Positions 51,111-64,000 of a DNA stretch of 64,000 nucleotides are shown one piece after another. Under the pieces are notes generated by a model. The model saw only the letters and a program-made list of their open reading frames with translations, was not told the DNA's origin and searched no databases. The stretch spans positions 5,086,001 through 5,150,000 of the forward strand of contig NC_045698.1 in NCBI RefSeq assembly GCF_009834535.1, in the 5' to 3' direction. Both the position numbers and the translations under genes were made by a program. Within the stretch, counting starts at the first letter, position 1; each line of letters opens with the position of its first letter. Source of the DNA: Camelus ferus (taxonomy: Eukaryota).

Positions 51111-52366
51111 ATTGAAGAAATGCAGCACTTTTATTTAGGAAGAGAATTATACAATTAGGGTTCTAAGTATAAATCCAAGGTGAAAGTATCTGTGGTTTTA
51201 TTCATTAAGAGCACATAAGAAAGAGGGAAATCTGATGACTTACTGAGGACACTGTGTCCGGGGCAGCTGAGCATTGAAAGTGCTCACCACCAAACTGCAT
51301 CTCTTCATGATGGTGCTTTTATAAATTTTAAAGGTTACAAAAGTAAATTGTGTATGTGTATGTATAAACTTTGGCTGCTACAATAGGTAGATGTAGAAAC
51401 ACACATATTATATGGATGTGCACAACTTTGCACGAACCCATTGGTCCCCAACCTGAACTTGAAGTGGCACCATTTGGGTAGAAAATACTCAGAGTTCCCC
51501 CAGGATGGGAAAATTAGAATGTCCTAAAGGTGGTGCACTCCTAACTTGCCTTTGCTCTTTCTCTCTGCGCGAGTGTGTGTGAGGGGGAGCGTTCGCTCTT
51601 TGAGACCCAGGTTAACAGACCTGCGCTACTGCTGATGGCCTAGCGGGAGCAGGTGGCAGCTGTGGAGATGAGCCGCGTGTCGCTGGAGTGTGAGATTGCT
51701 CTGCTCTCGGTCTTGGTTTCTGTGCTTTTTGATTGAATACTGAAGACAGATTTAACATTTTATTTAATGCAGAAGTAAAGGCTTTCGGGACTGGAGTGGT
51801 GCAATTTATCATTCTTTGTGGGAAGGGATATTACTTCCGAAAGAAGGAAATTCAGTGTGTGATTGGAGGTTCATTATTACTGTGAGAGTAAGTAGGCGTT
51901 TTCATAGACTAAAATATATATAATTGATGTTAGCTTTTTTCCCTTACAACTGGTAGGAGGTGTGTAATATAAATAGCTTCTGTGAGAGCTGTCCTTTTAT
52001 TCTGTTAATACCATTGTTTGTATCTTTCAGAAGTCTTTTCTCTGATATTAAATGGAATTATTTTCAGATGGGGATATTTAACTATTCATGATTCACTTCA
52101 AGCTGATTTCAGTTTGCTCCATTGGCACCCAGCCTGTCAGGTGACCAAGAAGCAAGTGCATGTCCAGACCTCTGCCTTTGGGTAGAGGTGAAGTGGTCTT
52201 GATTGGGTGAATTTAGGATTAGACCACAGGAGCAGTGAGGCATATATATACACACAATAAAATTCTTCTCTGACAACTTTATTGCCTTGATCTGAAAAAA
52301 AAAATGGAAAGAATAGAAATTTACCTTATAGGGAATTATTACATACCACTGAAAGGCTCTGGCAAG

Positions 52367-52435
<69 letters not shown>

Positions 52436-52443
52436 ATCTATCT
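52367..52443. repeat. Compound tetranucleotide microsatellite (CTGT)7(CTAT)10 CATCTATCT
   Basis: Read directly from the sequence. Confidence 0.97.
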
Positions 52444-55400
52444 TTAAGCATCACTTTGGTGATGGAATTGCGTGACAAATGGCTAAGTAATCTTGAATCC
52501 ATGTGGGCTAAGGTACATGAGGTGACCTTTCTAAAGGCTGTCCTGAATCGCTGTGTCAGCCCAGCAGGGGTTTAGAGAAGACACGTTAATAATGCTGTAA
52601 ATCACAATCACCCTAAGTCAGATGTCTGTGAAATAATAGGGCCATTAAATATGATACAAGTAAGAAATGGGAACTTTGCAAATGAAATACACATAATTGA
52701 GGACATGAACTTGAAAGAAGGGACGATGCTGTTCTTTTTTAAAAAAATACAGACGTGCCCTTAACAATTGAAAGGCTAGTAATAAAAATCACAAAACAAG
52801 ATTACTTATGTTAATCAGGAGCCCAAGAAGCACAAAATTAAATAAAGGGAAGTATTTTAATGTAGATTTGCAAAGGGCAGCTGAGGCTTTTATTTGGTTT
52901 ATTATTATAATTATAATTATAATTATAATTTCATCTCTGTAATAACTAGGACTCATACTGTTGGAGATGCAGTCTCACATATCTGTGCTTAGCTGTGAAA
53001 ATAATGCAGTTCGAAATGATGCTTTGTATTACATTACTTACTTTTTTTAATTTAGCCTTATGTTTGTAAGAGGACCCAGAAACTAATCAAAACAATTAAT
53101 TACATAAAACTGATTTTTGGTGACTCTCATAAGGAAGCAGATTAGCTCAATATGGTTTTTACTTTGAGTTATCGTCTTGGCACTTTTGCATTTTGTGCAT
53201 TAAATGCAGAACAAATAATTTTGGTATATATAGATTTTAAAAATAGACCATTGATACCTAGATTTAAAATAGATATTAAAACCACTACTTTATCTAACAA
53301 AGAAGCTGTAAGCCCTAACTGTGTTGTCATTATACTTTTAATTAAAACCAGCTTTCTGTAATATTAATTTTTATCTTTCTTTGATGATTATGAAGTTCCA
53401 TTTGGGGTAATTATAATGTGCTCTTTATAAGCACAAAGATAGCTGAAGAAGTCATTTTGTTTTCCTCATCTATCCAGTTAGCACACCCTGTTTCCTTATC
53501 CACATTGCAGTCATTTATTAAATTTTAAAAAGGAACAGTGGAGCTTCTTGCATATGCCAGGGTTTCTGCTGGACGTCGGGAGCCCCTGCTGGGTAAGAAG
53601 CAGGCTCTGTCTTGCACGAGCGCAGGTGTCACTGGGGAGATGACACGTCACACAGCATGGCGAGTACCTGTGGAGGAGGAGGTGGAAAGATGGGCAAGTC
53701 CCCTGGGCAACGAGCTGGCTCTTCCTTGGCTGCACCATTCAACTTCTGACAGCAGACCTGGCTTTGGGGAGAGCTGGGAAATCTTAGGCCCGGGGGAAAG
53801 GGCACGGGGGGCACAGGCAGGGACGGTTCCTAGCCTGGGGGTGAGAAAGACACAGAGCACTTGTGTCACGGGAATCCTACCAAACACGTACCCAAGAAAT
53901 AATGCTGAGCTTCGTAGAACTTTTTTTAGGAAACGTGAAGATGGGACATCAGCAAACTTTTTCTGAGGCCAGTGTAAGTGACGCCGAAACGTGGCAGCAC
54001 AGGGACAGAGTAGAGTCCGAGGCCTCTTAAGGTGTGTGGACGCAGGTGCAGAAATGTTTAAGGAAAAAATTAAAAGGATGAAATGCCAGAGGAGTTTAAA
54101 ACTTCCCAGCGGTCGTTTGAATGTGATGTCCCTCCGATGAATCTGGCTAATCGTGAATGCAGACAAGTCTCTGCTGAGTTTCGGCATCAAAGGTGTCCCT
54201 GGAGGGAGGCCTCCCAGACAGAAAACCCAGTTTCTTCACCGGGCACAAGGCTGTTTCCCTCTGTGTTCTCTGAGATGTTCTCCGATCTGTCTGTGTGGAA
54301 TTTACTTACGGGCTCGGTCAGTTCGACGGCCTCCAGACCAATTCCCCTAATGTCAGGTTCCGCAGATTTGGAGAAGTTCAGTGCTGTCTCCTGTTCTCCT
54401 GTCTTATGCTGATGAGAATCAGGCACCTTTCCTACGTGCTGAGAGGTGGGTGTCAGAGGAGAGTCAGGCAAGCAGGTAGATTCCTCTGTAGCTCATTCTC
54501 CACAAATAGCGTATTCTGTTGCTGGGAGCAGAAGACACTGGCTATGGAGGACAGCCTGCGGGCCAGCACCAGGGAGGCAGAGAGAATAGGATGGTTTCTT
54601 CCAGCATTGTTCAGACCCCAGTAAGACAGGTCCCTGCATCCTTCTGGAATGTGAGGTGTTCTGTTCCTTGTTGAGATGCATCCATCCTACCGAGAGGACA
54701 CCACAGTACGTAATCACTCCTTCCCGAGTGGTGGGACCTTTCCTTCTGTTTCTGTGTCTTGTATGTTTCTTTTGCTTTTCGGGTAAGTCCTTCTTCTGTG
54801 TACATTTTGTGCATGATGGTGGAATTGTGCCTTAATTACTGACCGCCACTTTAAGTCTCTTGATAGAGATTTACAACTTGTTTCTCACATTGCATTGATA
54901 ATTTTACCTGTGTTATAGAACATACAATATCATGTCAATATAACGCAAAGTGATGGTCACTTTTCAGACGTTGCTTGTTTCCGGTTACCTGTCGAGAACA
55001 CCTTCTGCGCCACACGCGACTTCCAGGCCGCGCTCTTGGCCTGCGCTCTGCCCGTGGTTCTCTAGTGCTTAGAGGTGTCCTGGTACCAGCAGTGTCCTCT
55101 TTTGTCACGGATGCTATGCAGATTGGGCTCTGGGGATCAAGGGGACCGTGGAGGAGGCTTAGGGGGTGGGTGTGGGGGAAGCAGGGGAGCAGGCTGGGCT
55201 GAGGGAGAAGGTGGACTGACCCAAGTCCCAGCAGAGGCATCGCGCCCTGCAGGGCCCTTGGAAGCTCTGGAGTCACCCTCCCGAGCTGGGGTGAGAGGAC
55301 CGGACTTTCTGCTCGGTGACAGCCAGTCACTGACCTGATGAGCTACGCCGGAGGGAGGCAAGCCCCGGGCACGTGGGTCTGTTCAGGAGAAGTGATGCAC

Positions 55401-58169
55401 CCTCAGCCCCGAGGGGACGTGGTTCTGCAGTGCGGCAGCGGCATGATTGGGAATCGGCTCTGTACGCATACATCGGTTTTTTCCTGAGATGCTGCCCGCT
55501 TGCCCGAGAGGGATGCCAGAGGTCAAGTCTGTACTCTTGTCTCTTTCTCTTCTGTGACTACCTGAGCTCAGGTCCTCTGTTTCTCAGATCCTCTGTTTCC
55601 CAGACTGAAATATGACAGGCTCCTAGCTGCCTTCCCCCCAGGCCCCTGCTGTCCAGTCTCTCCAGGGCGAGGTGACTTTTCTGAAGTCAAGGTGCCAGCC
55701 AGTCACCCTCCTGCTCCAAGCCCTCCGTGTAGCTCCCTGCCCCTTGATCAGGTCTAGACCTCCTGCTGACTTGTGACCTCTGAGTGCTTTCACACCTCCC
55801 AGCCTCCACCCTCACCTCTGACCTGGCTCTTCCCGTAATGTTTTCCTGGCTGTTCAAGTCAGACACCAGTGCCCTTCACCTGTGCTCAGATTTCACTACA
55901 GTTCATCTGTCCCGTGGAGCACGGCCTGATCCTGTGGCCAAGGACTCCTCCAGGCCTGGCAGAAGACAGAAGTGGCTAGACAGTCTTGATACCGTTTCAG
56001 TAATTTCCTGAGCGCAGAGATGCTCTGAGGCTCGGTTTAAAGCCCCAGTAAGCCCTGGGGAGTCCCTCTCATAGGTTTCCAGCGAAGTGCGAATTAGCCG
56101 GAGAGCTGGCAAGGTGTAACAGAACTCCGCAGCATTAAAAACAGCAAAAAGAAACAGACTTCATTTCGATTCGTTGTCCTGGTAGTTTTGACTACATTTT
56201 AGATAGTGAGAAGAGGCAACAGGTGGAAATGTGGATTCTCCCTCTAAACCAGGCCTTTCTGGGAGAACACCGGCCCCAAGGCCATATTGTCGATGTGCTC
56301 GAGGACCCAGTCTGCCGCGGTGGCTGCTGGCCGCCATCCCACCTGCCGGCTGCCCGTGCTCCCCTGGGGGAAACACCCAGCTGTTTCTCATCTGCTGTCA
56401 GTTCCTTTTAACTATTTCTGACTCAGACCTTCCCCATCCCCAAGAGAAAGCTCAGGCAAACCCATATTTTACTTCTGGTGGCCGTTTTTAGTTTGGTCTA
56501 GTGTGTGAGCCGTATGTAGGCACATACATATGTATGTTAGTCCCAGTGGCTCCTGGCGTCACACCTGCGTGGTGTGAAATGAATGTGCTGTAAATAAAAG
56601 GAGTTACACTGACTGGGTGGGAACTTCTGCCTCTCGTTCATTATGCGCCAGGATGCTCCTATATCTCTGTGTCACGGACCTCAAATTCATTTGTTTAGAA
56701 GAATCTAAATTATTCCCGTGGACTCTTAAGATAGGATATGTTAATTATTTTTGGAAATTAATAGTACAACAGCCCTTAATACCTAAAATTCTGTTTTGTT
56801 CCCAGGAATTTAACTAAATACATTGACCAAGGAGGACAGTTACTTTTAAATGAAATGACCTAAACTGAATCTGTTTATGAACTATTTTCATCTTGAGAAG
56901 GATGATGTATTCCATTTGTTGGTAATAAAAAGGTTCCTGAATGGTATTTTGTTTCCAGTGCGTTAGTCCCATTTTACGTAAACTTGGGAAAGGTCACACT
57001 GTACCTCTTACATTTCTCCGGAACTTTACGCAAGTGTTCTAAATCTGAAGACCTTGACATCCTTTTCTAAAAATAGTCCATGAAATACTTACCATTTCTT
57101 TAATTTAGAAATAGATTTTGAGGCTGTTTCAATGAATTATTTAGCTCATCAGTGGAAAGTTTTCATTCATTTCAGAAAAAGGAGTAATCATGTAAAAGAT
57201 CACTGAATTTATCAAAACAGTTTTCTCTCATGACCACCAACACGTGTGTGTCTGTAGAGTAACCTGTGGTCAATGTTGGGTGTCCTATAAAAACAGTTGA
57301 GGATTGTTGTTCTTGTTGCCCCAAAACAGAGTCCGGGTTGAACCACAGGTGGGGTATTTAAAATTTTTAAATGAAAAGTTAGAATCATCAGGGTTGCCTC
57401 AGAAGACGTTTCTGATTTTTCGTTAAATTTATGATTTTGAGTGCCCAAAACATGCAAAAGAACAGGCTTTTAAAAGAGGAGAAACAAAGTCACTATGTTA
57501 GAGATGATGATTTACCCTGTAAGGTATTTTTATCCGTGCATTCGCATGTGGATGCACTAAGAAGTCAATGCACAGGGGAGACAGATAAAAGATGCAGAGA
57601 GAGAGAGGTAGATGTGTAGACGAGGGGATGGCTGGCTCGTTCAGCGGGCTGCTGTCACCGTACCGCGGGCAGCTCACAAATGTAAGTCCGTCCTCAGATC
57701 ATCAGAGCCCTGAGAAGGCCAAGGAGGGACCACAGAGACCACGTGAACACAAATTTCGTTCCATATTTGTGTTTCAGCAGTATAAGGAGTAAACTTGATG
57801 AGCTGAGGTTGTGTTTTTAAAATGATGAGTACTATGCGCATAATGACTCACCTAAGTTTCCTCGGCTTCAGATCTCACCTCCGAGATGACGGGGGAGGAG
57901 GCAGAGCAGCTCTTTATTTTCCCCACTCTCCCTCTGTACGGCCTTTTAAAACATCCCCTTTCACTGCTTAGCAGTGCACAGCTGTTAGGAAATCGCTAAG
58001 TAGGTCTGTGTACTGGTCTATGCTAGCAAGTACCAAAAGCTAATGAAGTAGGTGGATTTTTAATAAAATATATTCTTACCTAAACAGAATTAAGGCAACT
58101 TTAGAAAGAGAGAACTTATTTTTAAAAAGGCTTTAGTATTGGAAAAGCTGATTTCTAGGACTGGAGGTT

Positions 58170-59960
58170 CCGGTAACGTTTAACCTATTGCAAAAAAGGA
58201 AAAGGAAAGTCTTCCGATTCATTTTTATGACTCTGGCATCATCCTAATATTCTAACCTGATAAAGACAACACAACAGTAGTACTGCTGACATTATTTTAT
58301 GGCTGTAGATGCAAAATCTTAAGGAAAATATTGGTAAATTTGGCCCAATAGTGTGTTAAAACTGTAATATTGATGGTGGCTAATCCCTGCATATATGATA
58401 CTATGTTCCAGGTACTATTCTAAGGTCTTGTGTTAAGTAGACTGTAAGCTTCCAAAGTCGTTTTCTGTTTTCCTTATTGGTGTAATAACAGAACCTAGAA
58501 TTCACCCTGGTACAAAACAGAAACTCAATACATTTGTTGAATAAATGAACTAATAATTTTTATAACAATGTTAGCTTGATAGTATTAATATTCCCATTCT
58601 ACATAAAATAGTGTAACAGGCCCACAGAGAGGAAGAAATCTGCCCAAAGTCACACATACCATGCACAACTACGTAGTTTTCTTCTGCGAGTGCAAAGATG
58701 GTTTGACTTTAGAAAATCTAGCGATATCGTTTAATGTTTTAATCTGTCAAAGGGAACATTTGCAAGGTCATTTTGAAGTAGGCTCAAAACAGTTAAGATA
58801 ATTCAATTATAAGTCTTAGGTGGGGGGAACGCTCAGTGAAATAAAAATCAAAACGGAACTTTCCTTAACATTTTATAAATATAACTCAATCTTGGCCTCC
58901 AAATTCTTACAAATGTAAGATCAGAGGGATTCCCATCAAGGTGAAGACCAAAGAAGGATGTTTGCTGTGAATACTGTTGGATAACATTGTCCTTAAACTT
59001 TCGGTCAACACGGAGGAAAATTAAAGTATACATATAGGAAAGGATAAAGAAAAATTAGCTATTAACATTGACCTCAGTATGTAACAGCTGGATGATCACT
59101 GGTTATTTAACCTCTCTCAGCTTTAATATTTAATCTCTCAATTGATACTATGAACACCACATACTTCAAATTTTGTTGTTTAAATAAATTGGATAATGCA
59201 TGTAAGGGGCCTCTTTTGTAGTTAGCAAATAGCAAGCACTCAGTACATGTTATTCATTTTTATTATTACCTCCTGAGAAGTCAGATACACAATTGAAAAC
59301 CATTAGTATTAATGGAGAGATTCTGTCAAGTCTGTGTGTTACTGAGTTCATATATAAAGCTTAAGTGCTTTTCAATATACAAGTGAAAAATGTTAGCAGA
59401 TATAATGGGACAGTAACTCACTCTGTTTACCTTAACACTAGTATATCTAGGAATGCGTTATCGTTTAAAAGTATTAACAGTAATATTTCTAGGGGTAAAC
59501 ATAAGAAATCTCCTGGAAGAAAACTATAAAACTTTTAAGGTGTTTCATAAGGAAAGGTATTAATTAATCTAGCATGGCATAATGTTACATATGAAGATTT
59601 TGTATTCTTAAAAAAAAAAAGCAGCAAACTTTTTTCCCTTGGTCTTCAATCTCAACCAAAATACACATATAAGTATGGGGGGCTTAATCATATGTCACTA
59701 ACTTTAATATGAAAGAGAAATACACAAGCAAGAATAACCAGGGAAGTTCTAAAGGAAGATCCTGAGATGGTAACTTGAGTATCTGTGCTATTAGAATGTG
59801 TGAAAGTTATCATAATTAAAAGATTTGGCTACTGGAATAAAAATAGACAGATGGATAGAACGGAAACAGTCACAGGGATATATGTGCCATTTCAAATCAG
59901 TGGGAAATGAATTCAACCTTCAAGAAAAGTGTTAGCTAACCACTTGGGGATAAAAGCAGA
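58170..59960 (+). mobile_element. Old L1M ORF2 relic with nested MIR/L2 pieces (about 58370-58660 and 59080-59265)
   Basis: cttccgattcatttttatgactctggcatcatcctaat...tagatgcaaaatcttaaggaaaatattgg; tgcaaagatggtttgactttagaaaatcta; MIR-like ttatttaacctctctcagc...agcactcagtacatgttatt. Confidence 0.65.
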
Positions 59961-60523
59961 AGATTGCCATTTCTAGTGGCAGTAGTCCCCTTTCGATGGC
60001 CACATGATCTAAGTTTCTCCACACATCCACCCTAAAACACGCACATGAACAAGGAGAGTAAATGACACCATCCATAACCCATCTCAGAAGCATGACCAGG
60101 AGACAGAATTTCACAATTGCCTATGTTATTTGTCTGGTGGGAAATGCACTTTCATTTACCAGCTGCCAACAGACCCCCAGATACGGAGACCGTGTCTGAT
60201 CAGAACTAGAAACAAATTGCACAAAAAACAGGAAAAGATGGTGGCAGCCCAGGGGAGGAAAAAATAAAAAAGTAAATAAAATAAAATCATCCTCAGAGAG
60301 AAAAAGACCCTCATACCTTGTCTGAACCCTGATGGATCAAAACACTGACTGATGGAGAATTTAAAGAAACAATGTGTACGTGCACAGGAGCAGAGGTGGC
60401 AGTCTTGGAAAGACATTGCTTTTTTGGGGAGAGGGAGTTCCTTGGTTGCATAGTGATGGAAGGAAAGAAAAATGGAAGTGGAAATTAAAGGTCTACAGAA
60501 ACCAAGGAATAGAAAATCGGAAC

Positions 60524-61326
60524 CTTTTTTTGGTGTGTGTGTGGTGAAAACAATTAGGATCTACTCTTTAGCAACTTTCATGTATATAATACAGTATCAT
60601 TAACTGTAGTCACCATGCTGTGCGCTAGATCCCAGAACTTAATTATCTTCTAAATGGAAGTTTTTACCCTTTGACCAGCATCCTCCCATTTCTCCATCCT
60701 GTCCCTCTCCCCAGTCCTGGTAACCACGTCTACTCTCTGTTTCTGTGAGTTTGGCTTTGGCTTTTTCAGCTTCCACAAATAAGGGATATCATACAGTGTT
60801 GGTCTTCTCTGTCTGGCTTATTTCACGTAACATAATGCCCTTATGTCACAAATTGCAGGATTTTCTTATTTCTCATGGCTAAATATACATGATTATCCGT
60901 TACGTGTGTGTAAACACATATATAGAGCAACTTCTTTATCCATTCATCTCCTGATGGAAACTTAGGTGGTTTCCGCACCCTGGCTATTGTGGATAACGCT
61001 GCAGTGAACATGGGAGTGCAGAATTCTCTTTGAGATCCTGATTTCATTTTCTTTGGATATAGATCCAGAAGTGGAATTGCTGAATCACATTGTAGTTCTG
61101 TTTTTAATTTTCTTAATGAACTTCAGTTCTGTTTTCCATAGTGGCTGCACCAATTTACAATCCCACCAAACAGTGCACAAGGATTGGAGGTGTCAGCTAA
61201 CACTACGGTGTTAATCATTTTGCAATATCAAATCAATTCTTTGTACACCTTAACCTCATACAGTGTTGTATGTCAATTACATTACAACAAAGCTAGAAAA
61301 AATAAAATACTTTTCGAATTAGAAAA
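60524..61326 (+). mobile_element. L1MA-type element with 5' inversion: 60524-61180 antisense, 61181-61326 sense 3' terminus
   Basis: The inverted part starts at the reverse complement of ttttcaccacacacacaccaaaaaaagg. The sense part resumes at ggaggtgtcagctaac and runs to an A-rich tail. TSD aaaatcggaac (60513-60523) / aaaatcagaac (61327-61337). Confidence 0.85.
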
Positions 61327-61539
61327 AAAATCAGAACATTCTCTGGTCCCTCCTTATTAGGAGCCATTGATAAAACTAAATGTATTTCATTATATGAAAA
61401 TAAGACAGTACCCTTCTGTCCCACATGTACATTTATATATGATATTATTTGTTCAGGAAAATAACAAGACATTTTGAATGAGCAGCACATGGAAGACAAC
61501 ATCTATAGTTTCTCTAAGAAAAAAAATAAGAAAATGAGA

Positions 61540-62300
61540 ATGGAAAACCCTGAAAAACAAACCACAGAAACCAAAATGGAAAAATGTAACAGACCACTCA
61601 GCTAATTTATACTCTTAAAGCATTTTCAGATAATTATTAAAATTTCAAATTAGAAATACAAAAACTCAGATAAAAACAGGGAGATACAAAACAAGAATTG
61701 ACCAATCTTAGGGAAAAAAGTTGAAGACAAAGACAAATACACATAGGGCAGAGTAGATTTAGTGAAAATATAATGAAGGATATTGAGGACTGACGTTCGC
61801 CAAGAGAACCAAGATGAAATAGAAAGGTAAAAAGGACCAGTGGGACAGGGACAGGTATAAAAGATAGGCAGAAAAAAGTCTTAACATTCATGTGACTGGA
61901 GTCTCTGAAGACAAAAACAATACAGTGAAACAGACCTAATGTTTAAACACTAAAATACAAGAATTTGGGGAAAATTAATGAAGACCTGGATCTATACATT
62001 AGAGGGTCCACTGAGTACCTGAGAAAAATGACCCAAAACGGTCAATGCCACTGCATTTGTGAGAAATCTACTGGATTTTAAAGAGAAGAACACATGTTCA
62101 GGTTCCATACAAAAAGCCCCATCACTCAGAGAAAAGAATAACAGATTGACTTCAGAATTCTCTATGTTGACCCAGCAAGCAAAACAGCAATGAAGCAATG
62201 ATTTAAGGAACTCCAGGGTATCTTTTATATGAACTTGTAATTTTATATCCAGCCCAGTTGCCTTCCAAGAATCAAAAACCCGAGTAATGCTGTAGTCATG
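61540..62300 (+). mobile_element. Old L1 ORF1 relic
   Basis: A-rich coiled-coil-like region followed by taacattcatgtgactggagtctctgaaga (NIxxxGVPE-like) and cagattgacttcagaattctc. Confidence 0.65.
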
Positions 62301-62849
62301 AGTCCTTCCTGAGCAGCTGAGGAGAGCAGCACTCCTCAGACTGTTGTCTCGTGATGTGGAGAAAAGGACCTTGTTCCAGAACGTAACTCAGCACACCACT
62401 TGCTTTCATGAGTTAAACATGGGGGAAAAAAGAGTTAACTGAACTGAACAATGTCCTCAGTGCAGTAATTCATTGAATTCTGGCACAAGGTTCTTAACTT
62501 CTGTTGCACTGGTTGCCGGTCCGCAGACCACACTTTGAGTGGTACCAGACGAAAGGATGAGGTTTATCCAAGAATAAGGGGTAAAGGGGCTCTTACACCA
62601 GAGGGCTGATCATGCGCACTGAGTATACTGACTTTTACAAGATGTGCATGAAGTCTGGAGCATAGGCGAACATTCTCAGTGTTTCCTAGGGTATCTTCAT
62701 TCTGTACAACAACAATAATAAAGATGGTATCTATTTCTAAAGTTTGTGGATACTGTGTCAATCTAAGAGTAAAATGACAGTGAGGACAAATACGGGAAAG
62801 CAGTATGTATAAATATATTTTCTGAAAAGACAGAGGTGATACAATTTTA

Positions 62850-63530
62850 AAATGGGAGGAATATTGACAATGATACTGAGCAGATGACACTCTCACATAC
62901 TGCTTTTGGTAGTGAGATTGGTTCAACTACTTGGAAAACTTTAAAATTAGTTCACAGGTCAGCACGTCCATAGCCTACTATGCAGCAATTGTGTTCAGTT
63001 TATCTTCAATATATGTATATAAATATAGTCATCAAAAGATATGTACAAGAATGCCCATAGCAGCACTTGGTGGTAATAGTGAAATCTAGAAACTACCCAC
63101 ATGTCCATTAGCAAAAAATGACTAAGCAAGCTGTGGTATGTCCACGCAGTGGGAAGCTAGAAACCAGGGGAATGAAGGACCCATGATGAGTGGACTTAAC
63201 GACATGGATGAATCCCACAAACGTAATGGTGATCAGAAAAAAACAAACATAAAAGGATACATGTGGTAGGATTCCATTCATATAAAGGTTAAAACCAGTC
63301 AAAGTTAATGTCTGGCATTTGAAGTCAGGCTCATGATTACCTTTGTGGGTGGCAGGTGTGGCTGCTGCTGGGCGAGGGAATGCCCAAGGACAGATTTCTG
63401 GAAAGCTTGACATATTCTGTTTATTGTTCTGGGTTCTGATTATACCACGTATTTTGCTTTGTGAAATCCATTATGCTATGCAGTTAAATACTTTGCAGTT
63501 CTGTGTGGATGTCACACTTAAATGAAAGCT
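62850..63530 (+). mobile_element. Old L1ME/MC 3' end
   Basis: actctcacatactgc...acatggatgaatcccacaaacgtaatg...attccattcatataaagg...tttgtgaaatccattatgct. Confidence 0.8.
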
Positions 63531-63672
63531 TCACAATAGGGAGCAAAGAGAAAAGAAGAAAACTAAAGCGAGCTCCTTGATTGTTACTTAGGTAATAAAT
63601 AAGGCTCAAAGGACAGAATTTAAAGCTGACAAAATAAATGGCACACACCTAGTAGGGAAAAGGAGTACTAAT

Positions 63673-63674
<2 letters not shown>

Positions 63675-63708
<34 letters not shown>
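63675..63708. repeat. (GT)17 microsatellite
   Basis: Read directly from the sequence. Confidence 0.97.
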
Positions 63709-63711
<3 letters not shown>

Positions 63712-63854
63712 GCAGTTACCACTAAAAGATGCAAGCCTTTCTAGATTCAGAGAACTATAATGAAAAAAGAATGAAAACTGTCAATCTAGACAAAGAACTA
63801 CAGTAAGTATAATGTAATCTACACAGTAAAATTAATATAAATGGTTTGACCAAG

Positions 63855-63985
63855 TTGTAATCTTGCAGTCCTGTCAGTGAATACAAATGGCTTAACCTAC
63901 TTACAAGAAGGAAAACAGTCCTCATATTGGCTCACAGAATAAAGCCCAACTCTTTGCTTTTTACAAGAGACTCACTTGCAGCCAG
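63855..63985 (+). mobile_element. Old L1 ORF2 start (endonuclease) relic
   Basis: gtgaatacaaatggcttaa...ttacaagagactcactt corresponds to decayed NxNGLN...LQETHL. Confidence 0.65.
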
Positions 63986-64000
63986 TCTGAAAGGCTGAAG

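Larger units (their letters stand above)
4181..64000 (+). other. ADCY2: ADCY2 intron following exon 2 (continues beyond the window)
   Basis: Starts at the GT donor. The expected next-exon peptide (VSFFLFIIFVVYTMLPFNMRDAII...) was not found in the ORF track or by eye. Repeat-rich and non-coding in character. Confidence 0.85.

Noticed and set aside
53376..53451. C/D-box-like arrangement (TGATGA...CTGA with a short terminal stem); similar at ~10051-10137
   Set aside because: The C box lacks its leading purine, I recognise no rRNA or snRNA guide, and such short motifs are common by chance.
53538..54624. Cluster of longer overlapping ORFs (up to 180 aa)
   Set aside because: No recognisable domain, overlapping on both strands, and no convincing exon structure; consistent with chance ORFs.
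56522..56537. Perfect 16-nt palindrome acatacatatgtatgt
   Set aside because: Low-complexity (ACAT)/(ATGT) repeat; such palindromes arise often.
1..64000. CRISPR array, operon or other prokaryote-style or novel multi-gene system
   Set aside because: This is mammalian intronic DNA with no regularly spaced repeat-spacer array and no gene-dense coding region.

Overview
Mammalian genomic DNA, most likely from a camelid (camel, alpaca or llama), judged from two tRNA-Ala-derived SINEs resembling the camelid vic-1 family and from cetartiodactyl-type L1 3' ends. The window lies inside the adenylate cyclase 2 gene (ADCY2, + strand). It holds the end of intron 1, one 198-nt phase-0 coding exon (3983-4180, EVEDHVAF...SPWDQ) and about 60 kb of the next intron; I could not find the following exon (VSFFLFIIFVVYTMLPF...). 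The rest is dominated by transposon relics (young and old L1, L2, MIR, MaLR/ERVL LTRs, MER82, MER5A) and microsatellites. Nearly all ORFs in the track are spurious or L1 ORF2 fragments. I see no CRISPR array, no RNA gene and no evidence of a novel multi-gene system. The most interesting structures are three separate 5'-inverted (twin-primed) L1 insertions, one with a possible 3' transduction; a tail-to-tail inverted SINE pair; inverted L1 copies bracketing the exon; a local ~100-nt duplication with a perfect 31-nt core; a cluster of AGGTCA half-sites; and a small CpG-rich patch followed by a splice donor. Repeat family names come from recalled consensus sequences, not a database search, and boundaries of old repeats are approximate.
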